In this document: in pieces, positions 37,985 to 47,310 of the stretch
Numbering within the stretch: the stretch's first letter is position 1
Layout: every line of letters starts with the position of its first letter
Source: an uncultured Muribaculaceae bacterium
GTDB lineage: Bacteria; Bacillota_I; Bacilli_A; RF39; UBA660
Length of the DNA stretch: 64,000 nt
Assembly: GCA_964650315.1 (NCBI GenBank)
Contig: CAZYQE010000003.1
Coordinates: 15,772 to 79,771, forward strand
Direction: 5' to 3'
Translations under genes and position numbers: made by a program
Notes under the pieces: generated by a model
What the model was told of the DNA's origin: nothing
Databases searched by the model: none
Seen by the model: the letters and a program-made list of their open reading frames with translations, nothing else

Positions 37985-39787
37985 TTATGCAACTTTTTGT
38001 CTAGAACCACGCTCATTACCATTTTCACTTAATACTCCATAAGCTACTTGTAATACTTGAGCTAAATCTTCTTCAGCTTTTTGTTGTTTCTTCTTAATAT
38101 CTGCAATTTGTCTCTTTTGTAAATTTATAATTTCTGATTGTTTATGATTTTTATCTTTTAATCCTTCGTTTTCTTCTTTTGCTTGATCATAATCTCTTTC
38201 TAGTGTTCTAGCATGATTTAATATTTTTTTAGAGTTAGTTTCTAAACTTTCATATTTACTTCCTAATCTCTCATATTTAGTTTCTAGTCTCTCAATATAT
38301 TTATCTTGAGATTCACATTTTTTAATTAAACCTTTCATAGCAACCACTGCAGGTGGTAATATAGATTGATCATTACTTTCTTCATCAGTGTAATCATAAC
38401 TACTATCCATATCTTCCAAACTATAATTATACTTACTATCTATTTCATCATCTGTATCTAAGTCTATATCTAAATCTACATCGTCATGAGAAGGTTCTTC
38501 TTCTACATAATTTTCTATATTAAATGTATCTGTATCATCATTCATTTGTTCTTCAATTTGTTCTTTATCAACATCTACGTTAGCTACATCTAACTCATCA
38601 CTATCTGTATCTTCCACTTCATCAATAACTTCTTCTTGTGGTGCTTCAACAGCTTCTACTTCTTCTTCAGCAGGAACTTCTTCTGTAACTTCTGTTGCCT
38701 CTTCTGGAACAGTTTCTAAACTTCCTACTTCATCTGTTGCTTCTTCTGCTTCAGCAGTTTCTTCTACTGGTGTTTCAGCTTGAACTTCTTCTTGTGTTAC
38801 CTCTTCAGTAGTTTCTACTGGAACTTCTTCACTAGCAACTTCTTCAGTTTGTTCTGTAGTACCTTCTACAGGAATTTCTGGTTGTAGAGCTTCTTCTTGT
38901 GGTGCTTCTACAGCTCCTTCTGCAGGTTGTTCAACAACACCTTCTACTGGAACTTCTGGTTGTAAAGCCTCTTCTTGAGTAGCTTCTGTAACTTGTTCTG
39001 GAGCAACCTCTACTGGCGCTTCAGCTTGAACTTCTTCTTGTGTTACCTCTTCAGTAACTTCTGCAGGTGCAGCAACAGTTTCTTCTGCTTGTGCCTCTAC
39101 AGTTGGTACTTGAGGAACAGCTGCTTGCTCAGTAGTTACTTGTTGATCTAAATTAACAACAGTTTTTGTACTATAATCAAACTCATTAATAGGTGAACCT
39201 ATAGTATTTTTAGAAAGGAAAATACCATTATCATTATGTGCAATATAACTATAATATTCTCCATTAATTACATTATTACCTTGGGCATCACAAACAGTAG
39301 CTTCAGAACATTGATCCATAAAAGTAAAATCTGTAAAAGTTCCATTCATTTTAGAATAAATCTTTTCTTTAACAGAATTATTAGTTGCAGAAAATACATT
39401 ATTATTTGGATCTTCTCTAAATAAACCAGCTCTTTCTTTAACAGAATCATTTACTGCTTCTACAGGCTCAACAGCAAAATACTCTGTACCAATATCTTTA
39501 ACTGATTTATATTGACAAGGAATAATTTCAGCACCATTCTCATCAATTACACCAAAAGTAGTTGGAACAGGGATTTCTCTATCTTGTCCGTTCTCATCTT
39601 TGTTAAGAAATGCTCCATTAGAAATAGCATCTTTTAATATTGCATCTATTAATTGTTTTGCAACTATATATTTACCATTTGGTAACTCTTTAGTAACGAA
39701 ATATTGTGTATCACCAACAGTAGTATATTTAACACGATAATCATTACGTCCTAAGTATTCAACTTGTCCTTCAATTATTTGTAACAT
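37985..39787 (-). CDS. Hypothetical cytoplasmic protein: N-terminal globular domain, about 230 aa of acidic E/V/T/Q/A/P repeats, C-terminal coiled coil
   Basis: The ATG at 39787 has SD AGGTGGTG 6 nt upstream; the track start is a GTG. Repeats are TEEVTQEEVQAE[AT]PVE and EEALQPE[VI]PVEG. C-terminal heptad-like region KYIERLETKYERLGSKYESLE. No signal peptide. Confidence 0.6.
   Translation of the reverse strand: MLQIIEGQVEYLGRNDYRVKYTTVGDTQYFVTKELPNGKYIVAKQLIDAILKDAISNGAFLNKDENGQDREIPVPTTFGVIDENGAEIIPCQYKSVKDIGTEYFAVEPVEAVNDSVKERAGLFREDPNNNVFSATNNSVKEKIYSKMNGTFTDFTFMDQCSEATVCDAQGNNVINGEYYSYIAHNDNGIFLSKNTIGSPINEFDYSTKTVVNLDQQVTTEQAAVPQVPTVEAQAEETVAAPAEVTEEVTQEEVQAEAPVEVAPEQVTEATQEEALQPEVPVEGVVEQPAEGAVEAPQEEALQPEIPVEGTTEQTEEVASEEVPVETTEEVTQEEVQAETPVEETAEAEEATDEVGSLETVPEEATEVTEEVPAEEEVEAVEAPQEEVIDEVEDTDSDELDVANVDVDKEQIEEQMNDDTDTFNIENYVEEEPSHDDVDLDIDLDTDDEIDSKYNYSLEDMDSSYDYTDEESNDQSILPPAVVAMKGLIKKCESQDKYIERLETKYERLGSKYESLETNSKKILNHARTLERDYDQAKEENEGLKDKNHKQSEIINLQKRQIADIKKKQQKAEEDLAQVLQVAYGVLSENGNERGSRQKVA
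38774..39056. repeat. In-frame coding direct repeats within the acidic region
   Basis: A 37-nt perfect repeat, ttcagcttgaacttcttcttgtgttacctcttcagta, occurs at 38774-38810 and 39020-39056, 246 nt (82 codons) apart. Shorter degenerate copies lie between them. Confidence 0.8.
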
Positions 39788-39928
39788 TTGTAACACCACC
39801 TATTATTAATAATCATATCATATATTTTTAATCAAAACAACAGTATTTTTATAATTTATTAATAATTTTTTACCCTCATTTCATTGCAATCTCTAAACCT
39901 TTAAGTTAAAATACAAATAGGTGATTAT

Positions 39929-40684
39929 ATGAAACAAGAAAAAAGACTAACTATATATATGAGTTTATTATTTTTAATAGTAATTGCTGCATTCGCAATA
40001 GTAATATTAAATGAAGAAAAATCTACCATATTATTACCTAGAGTAGATAAAAAATTAAATACTTATTTAAAAAATAATTATAAAGAATTAAAAAATAAAG
40101 TTAAAACTAACAAAACTATCTATAAAAAAGATACTTATATATTAAAAGTATTCTCCAAAAAAAATAAAAATTTATATTTTTTAATAAAATATAAAAACAA
40201 AAAGATTACTTCTACTTATAAAACAGATTATTTAGAAGGAAAAACTCTATTAACTAAAATAACAAAAGACTTAAATAAAGATATTTCTAACAAACTAGAT
40301 TACAAAGTAAATATAAAAATTAATACTAAACTAAATAATTTTTCTAAAAAAGTAAGAAACAAAATAATATCTGAAGATAATTTAATAAGTTTTAAAATAT
40401 TTGATATTTATAAAGAAGTAGAAATAGATAAACTAAATACTGATAATCTTTATAAAGAAATTAAAAGCATAAAAAAAGATTGTGATAGTAATAAGATTAC
40501 TCCAAAGTCATATAATTTTATTTTTACTAATAGAAACGATATTACTGAATCTATAGAAATAAATACTATTAGTGAAAAATTAATAGAAAAAAATGATCTA
40601 AAACTAGTAATAAGTGATATACTAAATAAGAAAGAAAGTAATATTTTAAAAAAATATAATGTTACTTATAAATATTTAAATTAA
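39929..40684 (+). CDS. Hypothetical Lys/Asn-rich N-terminally anchored protein
   Basis: 251 aa with one N-terminal TM segment (LTIYMSLLFLIVIAAFAIVIL). SD AGGTGA. No family recognised. Confidence 0.5.
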   Translation: MKQEKRLTIYMSLLFLIVIAAFAIVILNEEKSTILLPRVDKKLNTYLKNNYKELKNKVKTNKTIYKKDTYILKVFSKKNKNLYFLIKYKNKKITSTYKTDYLEGKTLLTKITKDLNKDISNKLDYKVNIKINTKLNNFSKKVRNKIISEDNLISFKIFDIYKEVEIDKLNTDNLYKEIKSIKKDCDSNKITPKSYNFIFTNRNDITESIEINTISEKLIEKNDLKLVISDILNKKESNILKKYNVTYKYLN

Positions 40685-40695
40685 GGAGAATTGTT

Positions 40696-41088
40696 ATGAA
40701 AGATTGTATATTTTGTAAGATTATTAATGATGAATTACCATCAAAAACTATTTATGAAGATGATTTAATAAAAGTAATTATGAATATTGATCCAGCTACT
40801 AATGGTCATTTATTAGTATTACCTAAAAATCATTTTGAAAATATTTTAGATACACCAGAGGAAATAGTTACTCATAGTTTTAAAATAATAAGAGATACCC
40901 TATATCCTCTATTAAAAGAAAAATTAAATTGTGAAGGATTAACTATTGCAGAAAATAACTTTTTAGGACAAGAAATAAAACATTTTCATATACATTTAGT
41001 ACCAAGATATGATAATGACTTAGTTAAATTTAATTATAATAAAGATCAAGTTGATGATTTAGATGAAGTATTTTCTAAATTATCATAA
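40696..41088 (+). CDS. hit: HIT-family nucleotide hydrolase
   Basis: Motifs CIFCKII and the histidine triad HFHIHLVP. Confidence 0.9.
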   Translation: MKDCIFCKIINDELPSKTIYEDDLIKVIMNIDPATNGHLLVLPKNHFENILDTPEEIVTHSFKIIRDTLYPLLKEKLNCEGLTIAENNFLGQEIKHFHIHLVPRYDNDLVKFNYNKDQVDDLDEVFSKLS

Positions 41089-41093
41089 AAAAC

Positions 41094-41116
41094 AAAGCAC
41101 ATATAGTGCTTTTTTT
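41094..41116. terminator. Bidirectional rho-independent terminator (hit on the + strand, tiny-ORF pair on the - strand)
   Basis: AGCAC-ATATA-GTGCT, flanked by an A-run and TTTTTT. Confidence 0.6.
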
Positions 41117-41117
41117 A

Positions 41118-41222
41118 TTAATAACTAAAGCCACCAGTTAATAGAATTGCTAATAGAATATATAAAACAATTACTATTAATGATCCGCTTCCGCCTCTTC
41201 TATTATTTTCCGGACAAGCCAT
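41118..41222 (-). CDS. Tiny transmembrane protein (34 aa), YjcZ-like sporulation-associated family candidate
   Basis: Not in the ORF track (too short). MACPENNRRGGSGSLIVIVLYILLAILLTGGFSY. SD AAGGAGGTG 6 nt upstream. Confidence 0.55.
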   Translation of the reverse strand: MACPENNRRGGSGSLIVIVLYILLAILLTGGFSY

Positions 41223-41234
41223 TAAAACACCTCC

Positions 41235-41315
41235 TTAAATATAAGCACCTAAAATTATAACTAAAAGAATAAATAAAACTAAAATAATAGATGAAGATGA
41301 TATACGATTAGTCAT
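41235..41315 (-). CDS. Tiny transmembrane protein (26 aa), paralog of the adjacent 34-aa ORF
   Basis: Not in the ORF track. MTNRISSSSIILVLFILLVIILGAYI. SD AAGGAGGAA 6 nt upstream. Confidence 0.55.
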   Translation of the reverse strand: MTNRISSSSIILVLFILLVIILGAYI

Positions 41316-41447
41316 TTATATTCCTCCTTTTTTATTGCTTTCATGATATTCTATGGTAAATACTAAATTTATGTGATTATATATATCATATTTATTGCGT
41401 GAATTTTATTTTTTTGTTATCATAATTATTAGTGGAGGAAGATAAAA

Positions 41448-42449
41448 ATGAGAAAAAATTTAATTATAAGTATTGTTGCTATAATGATGATATCTTTAGT
41501 AGTAACAGGATGTGGTAAAACTGCTAAGTTGAAAAATGGTAGTGAGTCTGCTGTTTCTGTTAAGAAAACTGAAATAAGTACTGATGAATATTATAATTCA
41601 ATTAAAAAAGAAAATGTTTCTAAATTAGTAGATATGATTGATCATAAAATACTAGATAAGAAATACAAAACTGATAGTGAAGAAGATAAAGAAGTGGAAG
41701 CTCAAATAAAACAAATTAAATCTAATTATTCTAATGATGAAGAAGCTTACTTAGATGCTATTAAACAATATTTTGGAGTGGCTTCAGAAAAAGAATTAGA
41801 TGAAATGTTAAGACTAGAATATAAAAGAAATAAAGCTATAAAAGATCATGTTAAAAACAAATTAACTGAATCAGAAATAAAAAAATACTATAATGATAAA
41901 ATATCTGGTGATATCAAAGCTAGTCATATTTTAATAAAAGTTGATGTTGATGCTAATGCTCCTGAACAAACTAAAAAGACTGCTGAAGAAAAAGCTTTAA
42001 AAGAAGCACAAAAAGTTATAGATTTATTAAAGAAAGGAAAGAGTTTTAAATCTCTTGCTAAAAAGTATTCTGATGATGAATCTAATAAGAATGACGGTGG
42101 TAATTTAGGATACTTTAGTCCTGATGAAATGGATGAAAATTTTGCTAAAGCAGTTAAAGAATTAGATAATGGCAAATATTCTTTAGAACCTGTTAAAACA
42201 CAATATGGATATCATATAATTTTAAAAGTTGATGAAAAGAAAAAAGCCTCTTTAAAATCTGTTATGAATAAGATTAAAGAAACTTTAACACAACAAAAGA
42301 TAGCTTCTGATCCAGCACTTCATTATAATGCTTTAATGGAAATTAGAGAAGAAAATAATGTTAAATGGAATGATAATGAATTAAAAGAAGCTTATAATGA
42401 TTTAATGAATCATTTAATAAAATCAGCTAACAAACAAACTACAAATTAA
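41448..42449 (+). CDS. prsA: Foldase lipoprotein PrsA (parvulin PPIase)
   Basis: Lipobox VVTGC. Parvulin domain ASHILIKV...GGNLGYF...GYHIILKV. Confidence 0.85.
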   Translation: MRKNLIISIVAIMMISLVVTGCGKTAKLKNGSESAVSVKKTEISTDEYYNSIKKENVSKLVDMIDHKILDKKYKTDSEEDKEVEAQIKQIKSNYSNDEEAYLDAIKQYFGVASEKELDEMLRLEYKRNKAIKDHVKNKLTESEIKKYYNDKISGDIKASHILIKVDVDANAPEQTKKTAEEKALKEAQKVIDLLKKGKSFKSLAKKYSDDESNKNDGGNLGYFSPDEMDENFAKAVKELDNGKYSLEPVKTQYGYHIILKVDEKKKASLKSVMNKIKETLTQQKIASDPALHYNALMEIREENNVKWNDNELKEAYNDLMNHLIKSANKQTTN

Positions 42450-42474
42450 AAACAGTTATAAAACTGTTTTTTTA
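42449..42474. terminator. Bidirectional terminator between prsA and recX
   Basis: AACAGTT-ATAA-AACTGTT followed by TTTTT. Confidence 0.55.
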
Positions 42475-42482
42475 TTTATAAA

Positions 42483-43238
42483 TTAATCTTTATATAATAA
42501 ACCTTTTTGAAATAATTTCTCTTTTATTTTATATTCTAATTCTTTATCACTATATTTCTTACTCAGTCTTTTATATAATTTATCATATTCTTTTTTACAA
42601 ATATCTTTGTCTACTTTAAAATCATAATTAGATATTACTTTATTAATAACAGAAATATCATATCCTAAATTAACTAAATCAGTAGTTATTTTATTCTTTA
42701 AAACAACCCCACCTCTACTTTTATTAGATTTAATCAATTTATTTATAACTTTATCTATCTTATTAATTTGTTCTTCTTCATCAAACACATCAATTTCTTC
42801 ATCTATTATATCTTTAGAAACACCTTTTTTTAATAATTCACTAGATATTTTTTTAGGTCCTCTATTAGTAGTAATCATCTGATTACTAATATAACTTTTA
42901 GTAAATAACCTATCATCTAAATATTTTTCTTTTTTTAATCTTTCAATAGATATATCTACTAAATCTATAGGATATTCTCTTTTTATTAGATTATCTCTTA
43001 GCTCTTTAACGGATCTAAATCTATTTTTTAAAGACTTTAACGCAACATAATAAACATCACATTCAAAATTAAAATCTGTTATTTCTTTTAATTTATTAGA
43101 TTCTATTTCTCCTTTAAGTAATAATTTATATTTAAGAATAGTATCTTCATATAATAATAAGTCTGTATCATTATCTAAAAATATCTTATACTTACCATTT
43201 CTTTGTTTCTTATACTTTAATATTTTCAATATAATCAC
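42483..43238 (-). CDS. recX: RecX-family regulatory protein
   Basis: Repeated three-helix modules (ALKSLKNRFRSVKELRDNL, DDRLFTKSYI, GPKKISSELLKKGVSKDII). Confidence 0.7.
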   Translation of the reverse strand: MIILKILKYKKQRNGKYKIFLDNDTDLLLYEDTILKYKLLLKGEIESNKLKEITDFNFECDVYYVALKSLKNRFRSVKELRDNLIKREYPIDLVDISIERLKKEKYLDDRLFTKSYISNQMITTNRGPKKISSELLKKGVSKDIIDEEIDVFDEEEQINKIDKVINKLIKSNKSRGGVVLKNKITTDLVNLGYDISVINKVISNYDFKVDKDICKKEYDKLYKRLSKKYSDKELEYKIKEKLFQKGLLYKD

Positions 43239-43267
43239 CTAATAATATTATAGCATAAAAAAAGAGT

Positions 43268-43471
43268 TTATCCTCTTTTTTCAACCTTGATTAATCCTTC
43301 AGTAACTTCTTCAAGTGCCCTTCCAATATTTTTAGTACATTTGTATTCTGTCTCAGACATTTGTAAGTGTCCTGTTTTTGCAATCTCTTTACTTCTTCTA
43401 GCCGCAATATGAACTAATTCATATTTAGAATCAACAATATTTAGTAATTTATCTATAGATGGATAAATCAT
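43268..43471 (-). CDS. rpoZ: DNA-directed RNA polymerase omega subunit
   Basis: MIYPSIDKLLNIVDSKYELVHIAARRSKEI. Confidence 0.85.
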   Translation of the reverse strand: MIYPSIDKLLNIVDSKYELVHIAARRSKEIAKTGHLQMSETEYKCTKNIGRALEEVTEGLIKVEKRG

Positions 43472-43583
43472 TGTATCACACTCCCTATCTTAATAATAAA
43501 CAAGAAGTGTAAAATAATCAATAGATATGACAAAATTAGACATTTTATTTACATATAGAATTTACGTAAATAAAAAGTAAAGA

Positions 43584-44621
43584 TTATTCATCTTCACTTT
43601 CAACTGTATCAGTTTCTTCTTCTACATCTAGTTCAACACTAGGAGTTGGTGTTGGTTTTACTGTTGGTTTTGGACTTGGACTTGGAGCGGGTTTCTTCTT
43701 AGGTTTATTCATATTACTATAAGAATAAGTAGTTGCATTACAACTAGGTAAATATCTAGATAAAGAATTTCTAGTATGCGAAGAATTAAACTCCCTATCA
43801 GTTTTATTAAAGTATGCATAACTACTACCTGATGTATCATCCCAAGTAACATCTACATTATAATAACCATCAAGTCTTATAATATTCCAAGCATGATCTT
43901 CACCTTGTGATCTACCAGTAACATAATAAGTTGGTATACCCAATCTACTCATAATATATTGAAATGCTTTAGCATATCCAGCACATACAGTTCTACCACT
44001 AACAATAGCGCTATAAGCAGTTTGGTTATATGAAGAATTCTTATCATATACAATATTTTTTCTCAAGTAATCATGTACATATAACTCTTTTTCATAATTA
44101 CTAGATAACCTACTTGCATTATAAACTATATTATTAACCCTAGAATCAAATACATTTTTATTACGTTTATAATTCTTAGATAACCCATTATAAGATAAAA
44201 TAATTTGTCTACATACACTATCAGAAGTATATTTATATGAATAAGTATTATCTACCCAAAACAATTCTGGATTATCATTCATTACTGCTTCTATAACTGC
44301 ATTAACATTTTTATAATTCATCTTAACTCTAGGTACAAAATATTTCTTCCTACTAACCATATTCGCATATGTTTGTCTATATAACTTTTTACCATCATTA
44401 CTCAACATACCATAATAAGGATTATAAGTACTACTAAAATTATAATTATCACCAGTTAACTTAGAACCTTTTAGATTACTGTAATCTGTTATTAAGAAAC
44501 CTTTAGATCTTAAAGCTTCTAAACCAGCTTTTAAATTATATTTTTTAAATACAAAATAACCACCAAACAATAAACATATTATTATAATTAATACTATTAA
44601 TCTTTTAATAAATTTTTTCAT
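43584..44621 (-). CDS. Membrane-anchored transglutaminase-like cysteine protease-domain protein with a Pro/Thr-rich acidic tail
   Basis: CAGYAKAFQYIMSRLGIP...DHAWNIIRLDGYYNVDVTWDD (Cys-His-Asp core). The ATG at 44621 follows SD GGAGATG. Confidence 0.75.
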   Translation of the reverse strand: MKKFIKRLIVLIIIICLLFGGYFVFKKYNLKAGLEALRSKGFLITDYSNLKGSKLTGDNYNFSSTYNPYYGMLSNDGKKLYRQTYANMVSRKKYFVPRVKMNYKNVNAVIEAVMNDNPELFWVDNTYSYKYTSDSVCRQIILSYNGLSKNYKRNKNVFDSRVNNIVYNASRLSSNYEKELYVHDYLRKNIVYDKNSSYNQTAYSAIVSGRTVCAGYAKAFQYIMSRLGIPTYYVTGRSQGEDHAWNIIRLDGYYNVDVTWDDTSGSSYAYFNKTDREFNSSHTRNSLSRYLPSCNATTYSYSNMNKPKKKPAPSPSPKPTVKPTPTPSVELDVEEETDTVESEDE

Positions 44622-44638
44622 ATAATTCATCTCCATAA

Positions 44639-45472
44639 TTATATTAATAAATCAACTATTAAACCTATAAATACTCCTACAAAATATATAATAGAAAGTA
44701 TAACTAAATTTTCTTTTAATTTTTTATTTGTTTTAAACAATAGTAATATACCTAAACCACTACCTGTAAGTAATCCTGATAATAATGTACCTATACTAAT
44801 TAAATTAGATAAATATAACTCTGTAATAATAACACTACTAGCACAATTAGGTATTAAACCTATTATGCTTGCAATAAAATAAGTAAATATATTCTTTTGT
44901 AATAATAAATTAGATAAGTTCTTTTCTCCTATATAAAAGATAACTATATTAATTAACAAATTGGCTATCAAAATAAATAAACCTATCTTAATAGTATGTT
45001 TAATACTAGATCTTATGATACCTTTATGCTTACAATCACAATGATCATGTTCACACATATGAGCTATTTCCATAGACTCTTTTTTTCTATAGAATAAATC
45101 TATTATAAAACCAATAACTATACCAACTATTATTTTAAAACCAATTATTTGTAATAAAAGAATTATATTAGCATGTTCACTTATCATTATAGGTAACATT
45201 TCATCACTTGTAGATAAAAATACAGCTATTAAAGTACCCATAGTTATAACTCTACTAGAAAACAAATTAGCAGCCATAGAACTAAATCCACATTGAGGTA
45301 GGGCTCCTAAAACACCACCTACTGCAGGACCATACTTTTCATTCTCAGCTAATACTTTTTGATTCTTTTTACTAAGTTTATGTTCTATAAATTCTAAAAA
45401 TACAAAAGTAATAAATAAATATGGTAAAAGTTTTAATGTATCTATTACTCCATCTATTATACATTCTGTCAT
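44639..45472 (-). CDS. Polytopic membrane protein of the putative 10-TM heavy-metal exporter family (ArsP_2/DUF2899-like)
   Basis: LKLLPYLFITFVFLEFIEHK...GALPQCGFSSMAANLFSSRVITMGTLIAVFLSTSDEMLPI matches my memory of that family. The ATG at 45472 follows SD GAGGAG. Confidence 0.55.
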   Translation of the reverse strand: MTECIIDGVIDTLKLLPYLFITFVFLEFIEHKLSKKNQKVLAENEKYGPAVGGVLGALPQCGFSSMAANLFSSRVITMGTLIAVFLSTSDEMLPIMISEHANIILLLQIIGFKIIVGIVIGFIIDLFYRKKESMEIAHMCEHDHCDCKHKGIIRSSIKHTIKIGLFILIANLLINIVIFYIGEKNLSNLLLQKNIFTYFIASIIGLIPNCASSVIITELYLSNLISIGTLLSGLLTGSGLGILLLFKTNKKLKENLVILSIIYFVGVFIGLIVDLLI

Positions 45473-45547
45473 AGTATTACTCCTCTTCCACATAAGTATA
45501 CACTAATTATAAATATTTTCAACCATAAAAAAAGAACTATGTTCTTT

Positions 45548-45865
45548 TTATCTAAAATTACAACAAGATCCACATTGAACATTACTAACAGTATTCTCTT
45601 CAGAACAAGTATATTGTGGTCTATAAGTATGTTTATATACATGATGATTTATAATTCTAGTATGTATAGGACATACATGTGGTACTTCATGTACTATTGT
45701 TTTATGAATACATTTTTCTTGTACCGGTTCATTACATCCACCTTGCATCATGCCTCCAGTATTATTCATCATATTAATATCAACATTCATATCATTCTCA
45801 ATTACATTATTATCACCAGTAACATTAGAATCAAAATCAACGTTATTAGTATTTGAATCAAACAT
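45548..45865 (-). CDS. cotD: CotD-family inner spore coat protein
   Basis: His/Cys-rich C-terminal region KTIVHEVPHVCPIHTRIINHHVYKHTYRPQY...GSCCNF, similar to B. subtilis CotD. SD AGAGGAGG. Confidence 0.65.
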   Translation of the reverse strand: MFDSNTNNVDFDSNVTGDNNVIENDMNVDINMMNNTGGMMQGGCNEPVQEKCIHKTIVHEVPHVCPIHTRIINHHVYKHTYRPQYTCSEENTVSNVQCGSCCNFR

Positions 45866-45940
45866 TATAATACCTCCTCTAATGTATATTATGTAATTTA
45901 TACTAATAAGACACTAAATTAGCCCAAAGAAAAATTACCT

Positions 45941-47248
45941 TTAAAAAGGTAATTTCATATTTCCATTTTTCATTTGTTTCATCATATTTTTCATTTGATC
46001 AAATTGTTGTAGTAGTTTATTTACTTCTTGTACTGAAGTTCCACTACCTTTAGCAATTCTTGTTTTTCTACTAGCTTTTATTATATTAGGATTTCTTCTT
46101 TCTTTAGGTGTCATAGATAAAACAATTGCTTCTATATGAGCCATTTGTTTAGGATCTATTTTAATATTGTTAAGACCCATTTTCTTAGCTCCAGGTATCA
46201 TCTTTAATATATTCTCTAAAGGTCCAAGTTTTTTCATTTGCTTCATAGTAGATAAGAAATCTTCTAAATCAAATTTACCTTGTTGCATCCTTTTAGCAGT
46301 CTTTTCTGCTTCTTTTTCATCTATAGCTTCAGTAGCCTTTTCTACTAAAGAAACTATATCACCCATACCTAAGATTCTTCCAGCCATTCTTTCTGGATCA
46401 AAAGAATCAAGTCCATCTAATTTCTCAGATACACCAATAAACTTAATAGGTACATTAGTAATATGTCTAACTGATAAAGCGACTCCACCTCTAGTATCAC
46501 CATCTAATTTGGTAAGAATAACACCAGTAAGAGGTAATTTATCATTAAATCCATTAATAACATTAATAGCATCTTGTCCCATCATAGCATCAATTACTAA
46601 TAATATCTCCCCAGGATTAACTTTGTTTTTAATATTATCTAACTCATCCATTAATTCTTCATCTATATGAAGACGACCAGCAGTATCTATTAATACATAG
46701 TCATATCCATTCTCTTTAGCATATTCAACTGCATTACTCGCAATTTCTACTGGATCTTTTTTTCCCTCACTATAAACTTCTATATTAAGTTGTTTACCAA
46801 TTTGTTTTAATTGATCTATTGCAGCGGGTCTATATACATCACAAGCTACTAATAATGGTTTCTTACTATGTTTTTTTCTTAAAAAATTAGAAAGTTTACC
46901 AATAGTAGTAGTTTTACCAGAACCTTGAAGACCTACTAGCATAAGTATAGCTGGATTACCTTTAGTATTTAAAGGAACACTTTCTCCTCCTAATAATTCA
47001 GTTAATTCATCTTTAACTATTTTTACAAATAAATCACCTGGATTAATACTAGAAGCAACTTCTTCTCCTAAAGCTTTTTCTTTTACATTGTTAGTAAATT
47101 CTTTAACGACTTTATAATTAACATCAGCTTCAAGTAGTGCTAATCTAATTTCTCTCATCATTTCTGATATATTTTCTTCTGTAATTTTCCCATAACCTTT
47201 TACTTTATGAATTACATTTTGTAATCTATCTCCTAAGTTTTCAAACAT
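45941..47248 (-). CDS. ffh: Signal recognition particle protein Ffh
   Basis: MFENLGDRLQN, GLQGSGKTTT, DTAGR, TKLDGD and a Met-rich M domain. The ATG at 47248 follows AGGTGA. Confidence 0.95.
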   Translation of the reverse strand: MFENLGDRLQNVIHKVKGYGKITEENISEMMREIRLALLEADVNYKVVKEFTNNVKEKALGEEVASSINPGDLFVKIVKDELTELLGGESVPLNTKGNPAILMLVGLQGSGKTTTIGKLSNFLRKKHSKKPLLVACDVYRPAAIDQLKQIGKQLNIEVYSEGKKDPVEIASNAVEYAKENGYDYVLIDTAGRLHIDEELMDELDNIKNKVNPGEILLVIDAMMGQDAINVINGFNDKLPLTGVILTKLDGDTRGGVALSVRHITNVPIKFIGVSEKLDGLDSFDPERMAGRILGMGDIVSLVEKATEAIDEKEAEKTAKRMQQGKFDLEDFLSTMKQMKKLGPLENILKMIPGAKKMGLNNIKIDPKQMAHIEAIVLSMTPKERRNPNIIKASRKTRIAKGSGTSVQEVNKLLQQFDQMKNMMKQMKNGNMKLPF

Positions 47249-47284
47249 ATTTATCACCTATCACTTATTATACACTATTTTATA

Positions 47285-47310
47285 TAAATAAAAAAGCAGT
47301 ATTACTGCTT
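47285..47310 (-). terminator. Terminator after the HerA-like gene
   Basis: The minus-strand RNA reads AAGCAGU-AAU-ACUGCUU followed by UUUUAUUU. The hairpin overlaps the stop codon. Confidence 0.55.

Noticed and set aside
38600-39130. Repetitive DNA (a 37-nt perfect repeat plus degenerate copies) that could be mistaken for a CRISPR array or minisatellite
   Set aside because: The repeats are in frame inside a long open reading frame and encode acidic peptide repeats. There is no regular repeat-spacer periodicity and no cas genes nearby.
45539-45856. 105-aa plus-strand ORF that mirrors the CotD-like gene
   Set aside because: It is a low-complexity hydrophobic translation with no SD. The minus-strand frame has a strong AGAGGAGG SD and a recognisable His/Cys-rich CotD-like sequence.
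45866-45905. Sigma-K-type promoter (CATAATATA) upstream of the CotD-like gene
   Set aside because: The -10-like CATAnnnTA string is present, but I could not find the AC -35 element at the required 16-17 nt spacing. In this AT-rich context the match is not convincing.
46167-46670. Long antisense ORFs inside well-supported genes: 46167-46670(+), 50930-51535(+), 52875-53315(-), 32207-32542(+), 62702-63046(+), 9077-9307(+), 19548-19790(+), 20376-20663(+), 7011-7241(+), 41924-42175(-), 58729-59133(-)
   Set aside because: Each lies opposite a gene with strong family motifs. Their translations are Ser/Ile/Leu/Phe-rich low complexity, which is typical of shadow frames in AT-rich DNA, and none has an SD.
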